Part shown: positions 27,389 to 36,959 of the stretch, piece after piece
Layout of the letters: each line of letters begins with the position of its first letter
Position numbering within the stretch: the stretch's first letter is position 1
DNA from: a phage
Sequence record: PZ445444.1
DNA: 64,000 nt
Direction: 5' to 3' (one strand)
The notes under the pieces: model-generated
What the model was told of the DNA's origin: nothing
The model's database searches: none
The model's input: only the letters and a program-made list of their open reading frames with translations
Made by a program: the position numbers and the translations under genes

Positions 27389-27417
27389 GTTGACAGGGAT
27401 CGGCAGTTTTGCTATAT
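27389..27417 (+). promoter_or_regulatory. sigma70-like promoter
   Basis: TTGACA-N17-TATATT. Confidence 0.6.
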
Positions 27418-27467
27418 TCTTTTTTGAAGGGAAGTTGTAAGAAAATTAACTAAGAGGTAAAAACACC

Positions 27468-27887
27468 ATGAACATTAAATCTAATAATCCGGCATATAGC
27501 TTTGATAACGCTTTTTGTCACGGTCCGGCGGCGAAAGGATTCGAAATCGATGGTAAACTAGTTATTGTCAATGTTGACGGGGAAGAGGTTGCAGTATATC
27601 CGGTGGCAGACGTTAAAAGCCGTCTACAATGCCGCATCGATGTTACCGCCTACCAGCTTGATCCGGTCCGGGTAGTTGCCCTGGTCCTGGAAGAAGAAAT
27701 TAAAGCAATGCACCACAGCAACAAGTTTATTGGTGACGCTCAAGATAATATGAAGGTGTGCCGCCATAAAGTTAATGAAGTGCTTAAAGAATATGGCTTT
27801 AAAGATCTGATGATCAAACGTGAGGAAAAATTCCGCTACCGTAACGACCTGGCAAATCGGATTTTTGAAATATACGAATCATTATAA
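27468..27887 (+). CDS. hypothetical protein (139 aa); last gene of the plus-strand block
   Basis: RBS AAGAGG; followed by a strong terminator. Confidence 0.6.
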   Translation: MNIKSNNPAYSFDNAFCHGPAAKGFEIDGKLVIVNVDGEEVAVYPVADVKSRLQCRIDVTAYQLDPVRVVALVLEEEIKAMHHSNKFIGDAQDNMKVCRHKVNEVLKEYGFKDLMIKREEKFRYRNDLANRIFEIYESL

Positions 27888-27905
27888 TTTCTTAACTGAA
27901 TTATC

Positions 27906-27932
27906 AAGGGGCTTAAAGGCCCCTTTCTTTTT
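27906..27932 (+). terminator. intrinsic terminator closing the plus-strand block
   Basis: aaggggc-ttaaa-ggcccctt followed by tctttttgt. Confidence 0.7.
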
Positions 27933-27939
27933 GTCTGCT

Positions 27940-30350
27940 CTTCTCCTACCATAAACGGCCCTACCTGGCAAGTGGAATAATTGACTAGCCATCAATCCCA
28001 CATACTGTACAAATATACATTGAAAATAACTATTGCATAATTTTTCATTGTGTGGTAGCAGGGCCATTTTTACCCGTTTTCTCTCCCAAAAGTGCACGTA
28101 ATGCCGCTATTGCACAAATTTTAACCTGATGCACATCTCCAATATCTTGTCAACAACTAAAAATCTTTATAAGTCATACACTTACACAGCATCGAAAGCG
28201 TGTTCTACGCGAAAAATAGAGTATAACTATAGCCGCCAGATCTCAGAATTCACGTACGCACGCCATTCTATAGCCTGCAAAGTATTTATTCCAACCACAG
28301 AATAAAGGAATAGTCAATACCTGCATAAAATAATTATTCGTGTAAACTGCATAACATAAATCAGCTCAGGTGTCAACATTTTTCGTAAACAGCCCGAAAT
28401 TATCACGATGAGTTATCATAAACAGAGAAATCTTTAGTCGTCTAATGTTTACTGTACATTACTATACTGACTGGAATCATTAGATGACTAAGAGAAAGAT
28501 AAGAAATAATTAATAATGTAATTGTTTTACCTGTAACAATAAGGCAACTATGCAAACGAATGGCATGGCGCGACGGAGTCGCGACATAATATAAAAGCAG
28601 TAACCATCACCCCCGTGATAGTTTGTCTGCAAACTATTAATCAGATCATAGTTGCCTTGTATTTAGTTAATCATGACATAACAAGCAAGGCAACTATAGA
28701 TCTTATAATAGTTGCCCTGCTTTTATATTATGTCATGCTAATTATAATCAGTGCGATTATTGTCATGTATAATTATTGTCATGCAAACGAATGGCATGGC
28801 TGATTATCGGTGTGTAAACAGTCAATCATGTAAATGGTTAGCATGTGAACAATCAGGAATGTAAACAATCCAGTGTGTAAACTAATAGGTGTGTAAAAGT
28901 GTCATGTTGTGTCAGTTAGGTCACATTATGTCAGACAAGTTTTTCTCCTCTTTGTCAAGTGCTGCATGAAAAATTTACAATCTTGTATGGTAGCATTTTT
29001 GCGGCCCTGTTTACATTCAGGAGTGTATGTATAATCCTTGGTGTGTGGGCGTTTAGACGTCTAGACGGTCAGAAGTCTGCAGGTCAATATCTAATCTATT
29101 GGCTGCTAACTATATCCCCCACAAATAATAAGAAATATAATTGTTATGTGCGTAAACAGTAACCCATGTTATCAATCCCTGTATGTATCGCCAGTGGTGC
29201 GCATAATGGGTATTATGTTAAATTGCCCGTAATGATAACTATTCTCACAATGATAGGTATTCTCATTCACTCCCACAAGATAGGTTGCAAATGTTGTGCC
29301 ATTGTGTGAACGGCCTCACCTATTAATTTGCCTCACTGCCTCGATATTTGAGAATTGTTATAAGAATGAGAATGATTCCCATTTCGTCCGCCTAGCAGCA
29401 CTCCTGTAGGACAAGCACAAAATCGTGGCATAGCTGGACCTGTTCAGATATTTCTGGCTGGCTCTTCAGGTCTGTGTGGGAAAAGCCAACCCCCTCCGGC
29501 GGCGGGGAGGGTGTCAATTAAAAAATTTACGGGGTATATGAAGCGCTCTTCAGGTAAGGCATGTACTATGGGATGAAACCCTCTTCGGGCAATGATATTT
29601 GTGGGTGTGATATTTGCTGGAAAGCCAGATATGACGGGACTCCCGGCGGGGCAGGGGTAGTACAGACAGGGAAAATATGGGGATGTAGTTGGGTGAATTG
29701 ATCGGGCAGGTAGAGTATGGAATATGTTACAAGTATGTTAAATATGGAGGGTGAATATCTGCAGGATTTGTGTGTAAAATCAAAGACTTAAGTAGTGTTG
29801 TGGTATTTTCTATAAATAATTCAAGTTTAATAGGTAATATTTGTCTCTATCCACTTTGTGTGGTAAACAAATTCAAATGAGATTGGTTTACAAGTGTATA
29901 CATAATATACAAATTAAAGATACAAGAAACCCCCCTCCCCCTTCGGCTACCATTCACCTTTTCCTCTGACTGGTACTTAAACACTTATTCAGACTCTTCA
30001 GGTTATCACCCATATACCATATGGCAGTGACTGGTGTCCTCCGGCCCCTCTTTCGTCACCCGTCCGCTTCGCCATGCTAATGCCATAGCCAAATGTTCGG
30101 TTGTTCACCCTGTTCACTCAGGTGTATCTCCATACCCCTTCAAACCGAAGAGAACAGAAAACCCGAATTACTCGGTAAAAGAAAAGAGAAGAACTTAATT
30201 TTATCAGGATAGGCAAGAATGTCAAGGCATGACTGCTCACTAAACAAGCAAACAGTCATGTGTGGGAGGTAAGTGATTGTGGTGGTAGGAAATTTAGTTG
30301 AAAGATGTGTTATAGGTGCTTCCAGCACTTTAGCCTGGCAGCTAATTGTG
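27940..30350. repeat. 2.4 kb AT-rich non-coding region between convergent gene blocks
   Basis: No ORF with an RBS; 20-bp direct repeat atgcaaacgaatggcatggc (28551-28570 and 28781-28800); ggcaactata/tatagttgcc palindromes; six tgtRaac repeats (28810-28900); four ctcttcagg repeats (29460-30650). Confidence 0.6.
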
Positions 30351-30352
30351 TG

Positions 30353-30568
30353 TCAGTCCAGCGGTTCATCCTCTACTTCACTGAAATCAATGTTCATGGT
30401 CTCTTCCCAACCATCGATCTCAGCACAAGAGTGGAGTTCTTTAGGGTTTACTCCCAAAGCCTCAGCAACAGAGTCTATATTTAACACCTCTGGCAGGTAT
30501 GATTCATCGAATTCAAGGTAAATCAGGCCACGAGTGTTGTCAACTCCACCAAATATTTCTATCTTCAT
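30353..30568 (-). CDS. hypothetical small acidic protein (71 aa)
   Basis: Last ORF of the minus-strand block; MKIEI... N-terminus like the paralog families upstream. Confidence 0.5.
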   Translation of the reverse strand: MKIEIFGGVDNTRGLIYLEFDESYLPEVLNIDSVAEALGVNPKELHSCAEIDGWEETMNIDFSEVEDEPLD

Positions 30569-30688
30569 GAAATCTCCTCTGGAAATGAGAGTGTGAACGG
30601 GTTTTATACGTCACAATGCACAGGAATTATGCACGTTTGCCTCTTCAGGCCATGCTTTAGCATGAGGAACCTGTGTGGGCTCGGTGCT

Positions 30689-30901
30689 TCATAGTCTACC
30701 ACCCCTGAACTCTTCGTGCTCAGGCATAATAGAGAACCAGATATCTACGATGTCCTCCCACGTCAGGTCATCAGCCTCAGGATCTGTCTGGGACGAAGAT
30801 GAAGAGTCCTCAGAATCTAAGTTTTCCTCTTTAACTGGCTCATCCAAGGGACATATGGTCACTCCTTCGGATGTCTCTTCAGATGCATGTGTGTTGATCA
30901 T
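30689..30901 (-). CDS. hypothetical acidic protein (70 aa)
   Basis: ORF in the co-directional array; highly acidic. Confidence 0.45.
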   Translation of the reverse strand: MINTHASEETSEGVTICPLDEPVKEENLDSEDSSSSSQTDPEADDLTWEDIVDIWFSIMPEHEEFRGGRL

Positions 30902-31261
30902 GTTCCACCCGTGAGTATTCCGGCAACAGCCGCTATGGAAGTAATGATCATCAGGATCACCACTAAAACTTCAGACAATGTTCTCATTGTGTATTCCATA
31001 TTCTCCAAACTGTGTGTGGATACTATCACGGGAGCGGTAATGTGTCAACAGCAACGCCGCGAGGGTTTGGTTAAAATCCGAGCGTATGGTGATTTGGGTC
31101 AAAACGGACGTGCGTTCTCGCTACGCTCGAAATATGGAGTTGTTTGTAGGGAGCTCTTAAACGCTCTGTAATGAGATTAACTACCCAAGGTATGCAATCG
31201 TGCACCAGATAAAGAAAAGGACGCCACAGAGCGTCCTAGGTGTCTTAAATTTGATATTTTG

Positions 31262-31573
31262 CTATACCCACGAGGGCTTATCAAGGTTGGAGTAGCTGAA
31301 AGGTGTCAAAAGGTGACTGTCAAAATCTCTCAAACTATCCAAATCTTTTTCCTCGTCCTGACACCATCTGTGCCTACATTTGTTGTTGTAGTGCATGGAA
31401 TGCATAGCGTTCTGCAACTTAACAGGCACAAGTGATTCAGGAGTAGATAGTATTGTTGGGTATGCCAGAACCACCTCAAACAGTGGAAACACATCGAAAC
31501 TAAAGTCTACCTCTGCAGAGGTTGATGGCATATAGGAGTATTTAGCCGCCTTTGTAGACATAATCCACCTCAC
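31262..31573 (-). CDS. hypothetical protein (103 aa)
   Basis: ORF with start overlapping the upstream stop. Confidence 0.5.
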   Translation of the reverse strand: MRWIMSTKAAKYSYMPSTSAEVDFSFDVFPLFEVVLAYPTILSTPESLVPVKLQNAMHSMHYNNKCRHRWCQDEEKDLDSLRDFDSHLLTPFSYSNLDKPSWV

Positions 31574-31947
31574 ACAGGTTTGATAATACCTTCACCGAAT
31601 AACTCTTCATATCTAATCTTATCCGGATCCCACTCCTGGATAATTTCGAAGACAATATCCAACCCAGGAATAATCACTTCTCCAGTGTCAAGTTTGGCAA
31701 GAACAAAACCAGAAGGCTGAATGGTTTCCCAGTTGCGACGATTGGAATAGAAGACCTCGAAAATATCACCGACCTTGATCTGTTGATCAAGATGTTCAAG
31801 ATTCTCTTTCATATAGACGCAGCGGATTTTTCGTGCAGGCCATAGACCACCTGCATCACGTTCATTTAGCTCTTTCACAGTGATTGGCATTCTCATAGCT
31901 GGTTCCTTTTGCAAATAGTGAAAGAGGGGCCGTAGCCCCTCTGCCAT
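31570..31947 (-). CDS. hypothetical protein (125 aa)
   Basis: ORF in the co-directional array. Confidence 0.55.
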   Translation of the reverse strand: MAEGLRPLFHYLQKEPAMRMPITVKELNERDAGGLWPARKIRCVYMKENLEHLDQQIKVGDIFEVFYSNRRNWETIQPSGFVLAKLDTGEVIIPGLDIVFEIIQEWDPDKIRYEELFGEGIIKPV

Positions 31948-31948
31948 A

Positions 31949-32254
31949 TTATTCTACAGAGCGTTTGAACAGAATGTCTGCCTCAGACATGTGCTCAACC
32001 TCTTCTTCAATCTTAGCGCGACGTTTTTCAGCTTCGTAGCGGATATCAAACTCTGTAGCCACCAAAGATTTGATGAATTTAGGAGAATACAGATGATCCT
32101 GCTTCTCAACAAGAATGATATCCTTGATGGCATCTTTCAAATCTTTAATCTGAAGCTGGAGTTCCACCAGTTCTTCAATTGTTTTGCGAAGGCGATCACG
32201 TTCTGCAGTGTCAGAAGGAAGAGAGGTGAACAGTTCAACTTTAGATTTAGCCAT
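31949..32254 (-). CDS. hypothetical coiled-coil protein (101 aa)
   Basis: Charged heptad-like sequence; GGAG upstream of ATG. Confidence 0.55.
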   Translation of the reverse strand: MAKSKVELFTSLPSDTAERDRLRKTIEELVELQLQIKDLKDAIKDIILVEKQDHLYSPKFIKSLVATEFDIRYEAEKRRAKIEEEVEHMSEADILFKRSVE

Positions 32255-32282
32255 AGTAAGAGTCTCCTTATGTTGTTTTAAA

Positions 32283-32534
32283 TTAACGTTCTACAAAAAT
32301 ACCGTTCAGTTCAATAACCAGGAATTTCTGGTCTTCACTATCGTCACGAGCCAGCACCTCACAGACGTAACGGTCATCTCCGTCATCATCACAGTCAAAT
32401 ACAAGACTGAGGACTTTATCATGATAAACCTTCGCCACTACCGCCTCGTAAGTATTGCCGATTGTGAATCCAAGATAATCTCCAATGCATTTGACAACAA
32501 CATGATCACCAGCATTCAAGTCAATCTTCGTCAT
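32283..32534 (-). CDS. hypothetical protein (83 aa)
   Basis: ATG at 32534 preceded by AAGGAG 8 nt upstream; inside track ORF 32283..32600. Confidence 0.5.
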   Translation of the reverse strand: MTKIDLNAGDHVVVKCIGDYLGFTIGNTYEAVVAKVYHDKVLSLVFDCDDDGDDRYVCEVLARDDSEDQKFLVIELNGIFVER

Positions 32535-32689
32535 TACTGCGCTCCTTGGGTAATAATACTGTATGTAAAACTTTAACCAGAGATGTGAATAACGCCCCAA
32601 AACACACCGATAGCGCTAAAACAGACAAGGCCATCATTAAAGCTTCAGTAAAATCAGTCACCCCTCACCTCTTGTTAGTCACTATACTG

Positions 32690-32953
32690 TCATTTATCCT
32701 TGCCGTCAAGAACTTTTTTAAATCTTTCAGGGATATCGCCTGTTCTTAGATAGCTCATGACCTCACAAGGTTCCCACTTAAATTTCTTACAGAGCAGGGC
32801 GGCTGAGATTGTTTCATTGCGAAAAGAAAGGATATTAATATCCCACTCTGAGAACCCCAACTTCCGAAGGGTAGCTACAGAAATCCTCACCGCAACCCAG
32901 CAGCAAAAACATGCAACAAACGCCACTGCTACAACCCACATCAGGATGTTCAT
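32690..32953 (-). CDS. hypothetical membrane protein (87 aa)
   Basis: N-terminal hydrophobic helix MNILMWVVAVAFVACFCCWVAV. Confidence 0.5.
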   Translation of the reverse strand: MNILMWVVAVAFVACFCCWVAVRISVATLRKLGFSEWDINILSFRNETISAALLCKKFKWEPCEVMSYLRTGDIPERFKKVLDGKDK

Positions 32954-33042
32954 ATAAGCACCTTACTGAAATACAAGACACAGTGTTAAGGTTACTGACC
33001 AGCAAATAATTAACAGTGCCGTTGCAACCTTGGCAAGATTTA

Positions 33043-33330
33043 TCATAGTGCCTCTAAGATTTCATATCCTTCGGGTCGGAATACAAGCCACTCCGTGGCT
33101 CCGTTTGGTCGATACGCTTTATACAGAACAACCTGATCTCGGCACATGCACATAGCTACATAGTTTTCATCCACACCTGCAGCCTGCATTGCAGCTTCTT
33201 CTCCGGCAACTGCTTTGCTTACAACTTCCTTGGTAGGCAGGTGTGCGATCAGCTCGTCACCATCATTAATTCCAAAATGGCTGAGTTCGCCGTTGGTATC
33301 TTTAATCTTAATCTTAACCAGATCTTTCAT
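33043..33330 (-). CDS. small acidic protein, paralog family C (95 aa)
   Basis: MK..VKIKIK N-terminus and acidic YEILEAL-type C-terminus shared with neighbours. Confidence 0.55.
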   Translation of the reverse strand: MKDLVKIKIKDTNGELSHFGINDGDELIAHLPTKEVVSKAVAGEEAAMQAAGVDENYVAMCMCRDQVVLYKAYRPNGATEWLVFRPEGYEILEAL

Positions 33331-33659
33331 TAGTCTTCCTCCAGGTTCAAAGGTCCTAAGATTTCATATGCCAGATTAGAAGTTACAAGAGGGTCTTCTG
33401 CGTCTTTAGTATTATACCACCCGTGAATAACCAGAGTCCCACTTTGTTTCATGTCCAACTGGAACTCTTCTGCCGTTACCTCATCCAGCTCCAAGATTTC
33501 CATAAGGTATTTGATGTTAGGGAGGTATGCAGCTGTTACAGTCCCCTCTACCAGACCTTCAGGCCAACCTACATCTGGATGACAAGTAGGAACCAGGTTG
33601 GTCAGCTTAATGGTGTACGCTTTTTCTGCACGAGCCTTCAGTAACGGGTCAATCTTCAT
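33330..33659 (-). CDS. small acidic protein, paralog family C (109 aa)
   Basis: MKID... N-terminus; C-terminal YEILGPLNLEED; ATGA coupling. Confidence 0.55.
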   Translation of the reverse strand: MKIDPLLKARAEKAYTIKLTNLVPTCHPDVGWPEGLVEGTVTAAYLPNIKYLMEILELDEVTAEEFQLDMKQSGTLVIHGWYNTKDAEDPLVTSNLAYEILGPLNLEED

Positions 33660-34009
33660 TATTCGTCCTCCTCTTCGGTACCTGCTTCCAGTAATAAGTT
33701 AAGAATATCTTCTGCACAAGGTTCATAGAACTCTTGGCCTTCATTATCGATGATTTTGTAGTCATCTCCACGAATAATCAGGGGATCACTATCAAAATTA
33801 TCGAGACCTTTAACAACGACAACACGATCGATTGCCATCATTGTAAGAACTTTATCGACATCTTCCTCTGCTACACCATACTGCAGCAGAATGTCTTTGG
33901 TAGGAGGAACAGCATCCACCACAACGCCGTTACCAAAACCTTCTGGAAGTTTAGCTAAAATATCTTCCGGAACCACATTCACATCAAAACCGGTAATTTC
34001 TACTTTCAT
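33659..34009 (-). CDS. small acidic protein, paralog family C (116 aa)
   Basis: MKVEITG... N-terminus; acidic C-terminal tail. Confidence 0.55.
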   Translation of the reverse strand: MKVEITGFDVNVVPEDILAKLPEGFGNGVVVDAVPPTKDILLQYGVAEEDVDKVLTMMAIDRVVVVKGLDNFDSDPLIIRGDDYKIIDNEGQEFYEPCAEDILNLLLEAGTEEEDE

Positions 34010-34270
34010 TTACAGCACCTCTTCGTCAACTACTTCATAAAAATGGCCTGGGATTGCAATAGCGTTATCACCTTCACCTACAAACACAGTTCCGTCAAGA
34101 ATCAACATCATAAGAATTTCTGTAATATCCTCTTCCGGAACGTTGCCAAAACCTTTAATCAGCTCGTAGGTTGGAATATTTACCTCTAAGATGTCACCAT
34201 CTTTAGAACGGAAATCAACACCGTCCTGAATCTCTGCCGTTTCAAGGTTTTTCAATTTAATCTTCATCAA
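34010..34270 (-). CDS. small acidic protein, paralog family C (86 aa)
   Basis: MMKIKLKN... N-terminus; C-terminal FYEVVDEEVL. Confidence 0.55.
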   Translation of the reverse strand: MMKIKLKNLETAEIQDGVDFRSKDGDILEVNIPTYELIKGFGNVPEEDITEILMMLILDGTVFVGEGDNAIAIPGHFYEVVDEEVL

Positions 34271-34299
34271 TCGGTCCCCTGTCTTGTTAAGATGAAGGT

Positions 34300-34328
34300 A
34301 TTATTTCACACAGGGTTGGCGTTGTCAA
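34300..34328 (-). promoter_or_regulatory. sigma70-like promoter with -35 inside a hairpin loop
   Basis: Minus strand TTGACA-N17-AATAAT; -35 sits in the loop of cacacagg...cctgtgtg (8-bp stem). Confidence 0.45.
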
Positions 34329-34346
34329 CACCTGTGTGCAAGAAAA

Positions 34347-34742
34347 TTACTGAAACAGTGCGGATAAATTACCTTCTGGTGGGAACTTATCTGCCAAAAA
34401 CGGTGTTAGCACAGTAGCCTTCTGAAGATCTGGGGTCCACTCGTTGTTCAGAACATCCCAGTAGTACGCAATGTTGCTGTGTGGGTGCCGCATTACGAAC
34501 TTTTTCCCTTCGTAGTCGTCTGAAACCTCTACAGAAGAAATAACAACAGAATCTTCAAGGGTTTCCTCGTAGAAAGATCCACCTTCAAATTTCCAACGAG
34601 ATGCAAGAGCTCCTGCCTTGAACGCTGCAGATAACGGACTGTCGGCAAGAACATACATTTCTTGCACTCTGTCGCTGCGATCTTTGCTTCTTACATTGTA
34701 TACAGTATCTGAGCTATACTCAACACGGTATAGGCTTACCAT
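34347..34742 (-). CDS. hypothetical protein, paralog family A (131 aa)
   Basis: Shares RHPHSNIAYYWDVLNNEWTP-type segment with 36549..36947 (VHPDSRVKHYWNARTKTWTP). Confidence 0.55.
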   Translation of the reverse strand: MVSLYRVEYSSDTVYNVRSKDRSDRVQEMYVLADSPLSAAFKAGALASRWKFEGGSFYEETLEDSVVISSVEVSDDYEGKKFVMRHPHSNIAYYWDVLNNEWTPDLQKATVLTPFLADKFPPEGNLSALFQ

Positions 34743-35101
34743 TACCGCACCTCCTCAATAACTTCCACATCTGAACCTACCACAAATGCAAAAGGACAGG
34801 TTTCATGAAAGATATCCGGATCGCCGCCAAGCTTGCTAACAATTTCTCCACCACTAATAAACACAAGCTCACCGATATTCATCAGATTGCTGAAATAGTA
34901 CCCATAATGATTAAAGAATGCAGCAGGGTCAGGTAGACTAGTAGCCTCAAGCACTACATCAGTTGAGGTTACTTTCTTATCATAACCTCTCGCCTTTTGA
35001 GATGCAAGATCTGCAGAATCCTCAGGCGACCGGAGATGCACAGGAATTGTTTCACCAATAAAGCGTACTTTCATATTATCACCCAACAACCATAGCTTCA
35101 A
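34742..35101 (-). CDS. small protein, paralog family B (start uncertain)
   Basis: Internal MKVRFIGE start is likely; conserved V.G(S/G)D motif region. Confidence 0.5.
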   Translation of the reverse strand: MKLWLLGDNMKVRFIGETIPVHLRSPEDSADLASQKARGYDKKVTSTDVVLEATSLPDPAAFFNHYGYYFSNLMNIGELVFISGGEIVSKLGGDPDIFHETCPFAFVVGSDVEVIEEVR

Positions 35102-35342
35102 AAGGGGTCATGAACGAATAAACGGCATCATCATCTGCTTCAGGGAATGCTCCCAAAGACTTCATGTCTGAGCCCTTGACAAATACAAGGTTTTGATCAA
35201 AAGCTTCTTGAGGATCAATCCGATACATATTTCGTAGAATATCGCCTACCTCCTCATCAAGAGGTGAGTATGCTGTGCACGTTTTTCCGATCAAGCTTTG
35301 AGAATCAGGGTATCCACCTGAAGTTTTAAAATAAACAATCAT
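35079..35342 (-). CDS. small protein, paralog family B (87 aa)
   Basis: YPDSQSLIGKT ... LVFVKGSDM pattern shared with the MKVK paralogs. Confidence 0.5.
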   Translation of the reverse strand: MIVYFKTSGGYPDSQSLIGKTCTAYSPLDEEVGDILRNMYRIDPQEAFDQNLVFVKGSDMKSLGAFPEADDDAVYSFMTPFEAMVVG

Positions 35343-35433
35343 ATAGTATCACCTCTGGTAAGAGATTGGGATTCCTTTCCCACAAATAATTACAAACCTT
35401 CCTTATCGAGGAAGTATGCTAATCCAAGCAGGA

Positions 35434-35703
35434 TTATTCCTCTACAATCTCATACACATCCGGAGTTACAATCAACTCTTCTCCGTTACCCGGTGCAACA
35501 AACACCACCATGCCTTCAGGTGTGTGCTTTTTAGCCATCTCGATAACATCTTCTCGCAGAGCTGGCTCCATCAGATCAAAACCTTCACCCAGGGCATCAC
35601 GAACCACCTTCATATAGTCAACTGGTTGTGCTTCGACAATCATACCTTCAACCAGTCCACAGTTTTTGTCTGCCAGCTCAGTTTTGAATAATTTAATTTT
35701 CAT
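35434..35703 (-). CDS. small acidic protein, paralog family C (89 aa)
   Basis: MKIKLFK... N-terminus; C-terminal VYEIVEE; RBS GAGGAG. Confidence 0.55.
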   Translation of the reverse strand: MKIKLFKTELADKNCGLVEGMIVEAQPVDYMKVVRDALGEGFDLMEPALREDVIEMAKKHTPEGMVVFVAPGNGEELIVTPDVYEIVEE

Positions 35704-35840
35704 TTAGAGGTCTCCTCAATTATTTGATATTAATAGCCGTAACCTAACACATTAACTACAACTGCGATTGCAAACATAATTTCAAAGCATGCAATCTCTA
35801 CATTTGGGACTAATTTCTTGATCACACCCATTGTAGCACC

Positions 35841-36158
35841 TCATTCTCTAAAGTCAATCTTTACTTTGCCTTTCCCCTTACCTTTCTTTCCACCGCATTT
35901 AGCCAGTTGACGTGCTGCAACATCTACCATACGGTCAGTTGCCTCGTAAGCATCACTGCCTTTAGCTTTGGCAATAACTTCTTTTCCAGAATTGTCAAAA
36001 ATGAACGCCATAACTTCCTGGTGATCATTTTCAACTTTTACACTCACACGTGCATAGTTGGCAGAGGGATGCAAACGCTCCAGCTTAGACATTTTGTGGG
36101 AAATGAAAGACACCATACCTTCAGTGATTTCTACGTTGCCAGTGATTTCAATTTGCAT
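35841..36158 (-). CDS. hpf: ribosome hibernation promoting factor / RaiA-family protein
   Basis: 105 aa; MQIEITGNVEITEGM...KLE...VKVE...G.EV.A.A.G.D.YEA.D..VD..ARQL.K aligns along its length with E. coli HPF (MQLNITGNNVEITEAL...); basic KGKGKGK tail. Confidence 0.75.
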   Translation of the reverse strand: MQIEITGNVEITEGMVSFISHKMSKLERLHPSANYARVSVKVENDHQEVMAFIFDNSGKEVIAKAKGSDAYEATDRMVDVAARQLAKCGGKKGKGKGKVKIDFRE

Positions 36159-36205
36159 AACGTGTTCCTTTTAAAGAAGAGGGAACCAAACCCTCTTTGA
36201 AAACA

Positions 36206-36234
36206 ATGATACTAAATCTGAAGCGTTGTGTCAA
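36206..36234 (-). promoter_or_regulatory. sigma70-like promoter for the hpf homolog
   Basis: Minus strand TTGACA-N17-TATCAT, followed by a 5' UTR hairpin agaggg-tttggtt-ccctct before the start codon. Confidence 0.55.
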
Positions 36235-36240
36235 CAGTTT

Positions 36241-36531
36241 TTACAGATTGTTGTCGATAGTTTTTAAAATATCCACAGCAAGATCTGCCATTTTTCGAAC
36301 ATACTCTGCAAACTCAACAGGATCCTTGATCAAAGAATTCACAGGGTCGTACCCTAGAGCGTTCAAAATGGCTGCAGCATCTACAACCTTCTCATCATTT
36401 GCGAAGATCTCTCCATCAAACTTGTAGGTCCATTTTGAGTCAATCTTGGCAGGGAATGATTGGTCAACGCTTGTTACACCATCCTTTTTAAACGCTCCGG
36501 TGTTATCAGTGTCTAGAACTAAATCCATCAT
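36241..36531 (-). CDS. hypothetical protein (96 aa)
   Basis: ORF in the co-directional array. Confidence 0.55.
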   Translation of the reverse strand: MMDLVLDTDNTGAFKKDGVTSVDQSFPAKIDSKWTYKFDGEIFANDEKVVDAAAILNALGYDPVNSLIKDPVEFAEYVRKMADLAVDILKTIDNNL

Positions 36532-36548
36532 GTTAGTACCTCACCGTT

Positions 36549-36947
36549 TCAGTTTAGCTTTTCTTCAACAACCCCATAGCTCGGGACAGAGTCAAGAGCT
36601 TTCTGGTTTAAAAGTGGTGTAGCAGAATCTGCAAACGGTGTCCAAGTTTTTGTTCTGGCGTTCCAGTAATGCTTCACTCTGGAATCTGGATGCACTATAA
36701 CAAAAACTTTTTCACTTGTCAACACATTAATTTCTTCCACACCCCTGCTGATAATTTCTCCGTCATATCCCCCGGTCTGGTATCCTTCGTACCAGGTTCT
36801 TGCATAGGCATAGCCAGCCTGCCAGCATGCAGCCTCCTCCGAGGTGGAGACTACGTAGAAGTCTTTCTCAAATTCTGGGATACGCCCTTGCTTTACGCTC
36901 CAAGCTCCGCGAATTTTCATTGTAACTTTGAATAGTTTATTTTTCAC
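36549..36947 (-). CDS. hypothetical protein, paralog family A (132 aa)
   Basis: Paralog of 34347..34742. Confidence 0.55.
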   Translation of the reverse strand: MKNKLFKVTMKIRGAWSVKQGRIPEFEKDFYVVSTSEEAACWQAGYAYARTWYEGYQTGGYDGEIISRGVEEINVLTSEKVFVIVHPDSRVKHYWNARTKTWTPFADSATPLLNQKALDSVPSYGVVEEKLN

Positions 36948-36959
36948 AACGGTTACCCA

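Noticed and set aside
28615-29162. Track ORFs 28615-28803 and 28959-29162 in the non-coding region
   Set aside because: No ribosome-binding sites; they overlap direct and inverted repeats and their products are low-complexity hydrophobic strings typical of AT-rich random frames.
27940-30350. tRNA genes in the large non-coding region
   Set aside because: No GTTCRANYC T-loop-like motifs or cloverleaf-compatible acceptor pairings were seen on either strand.
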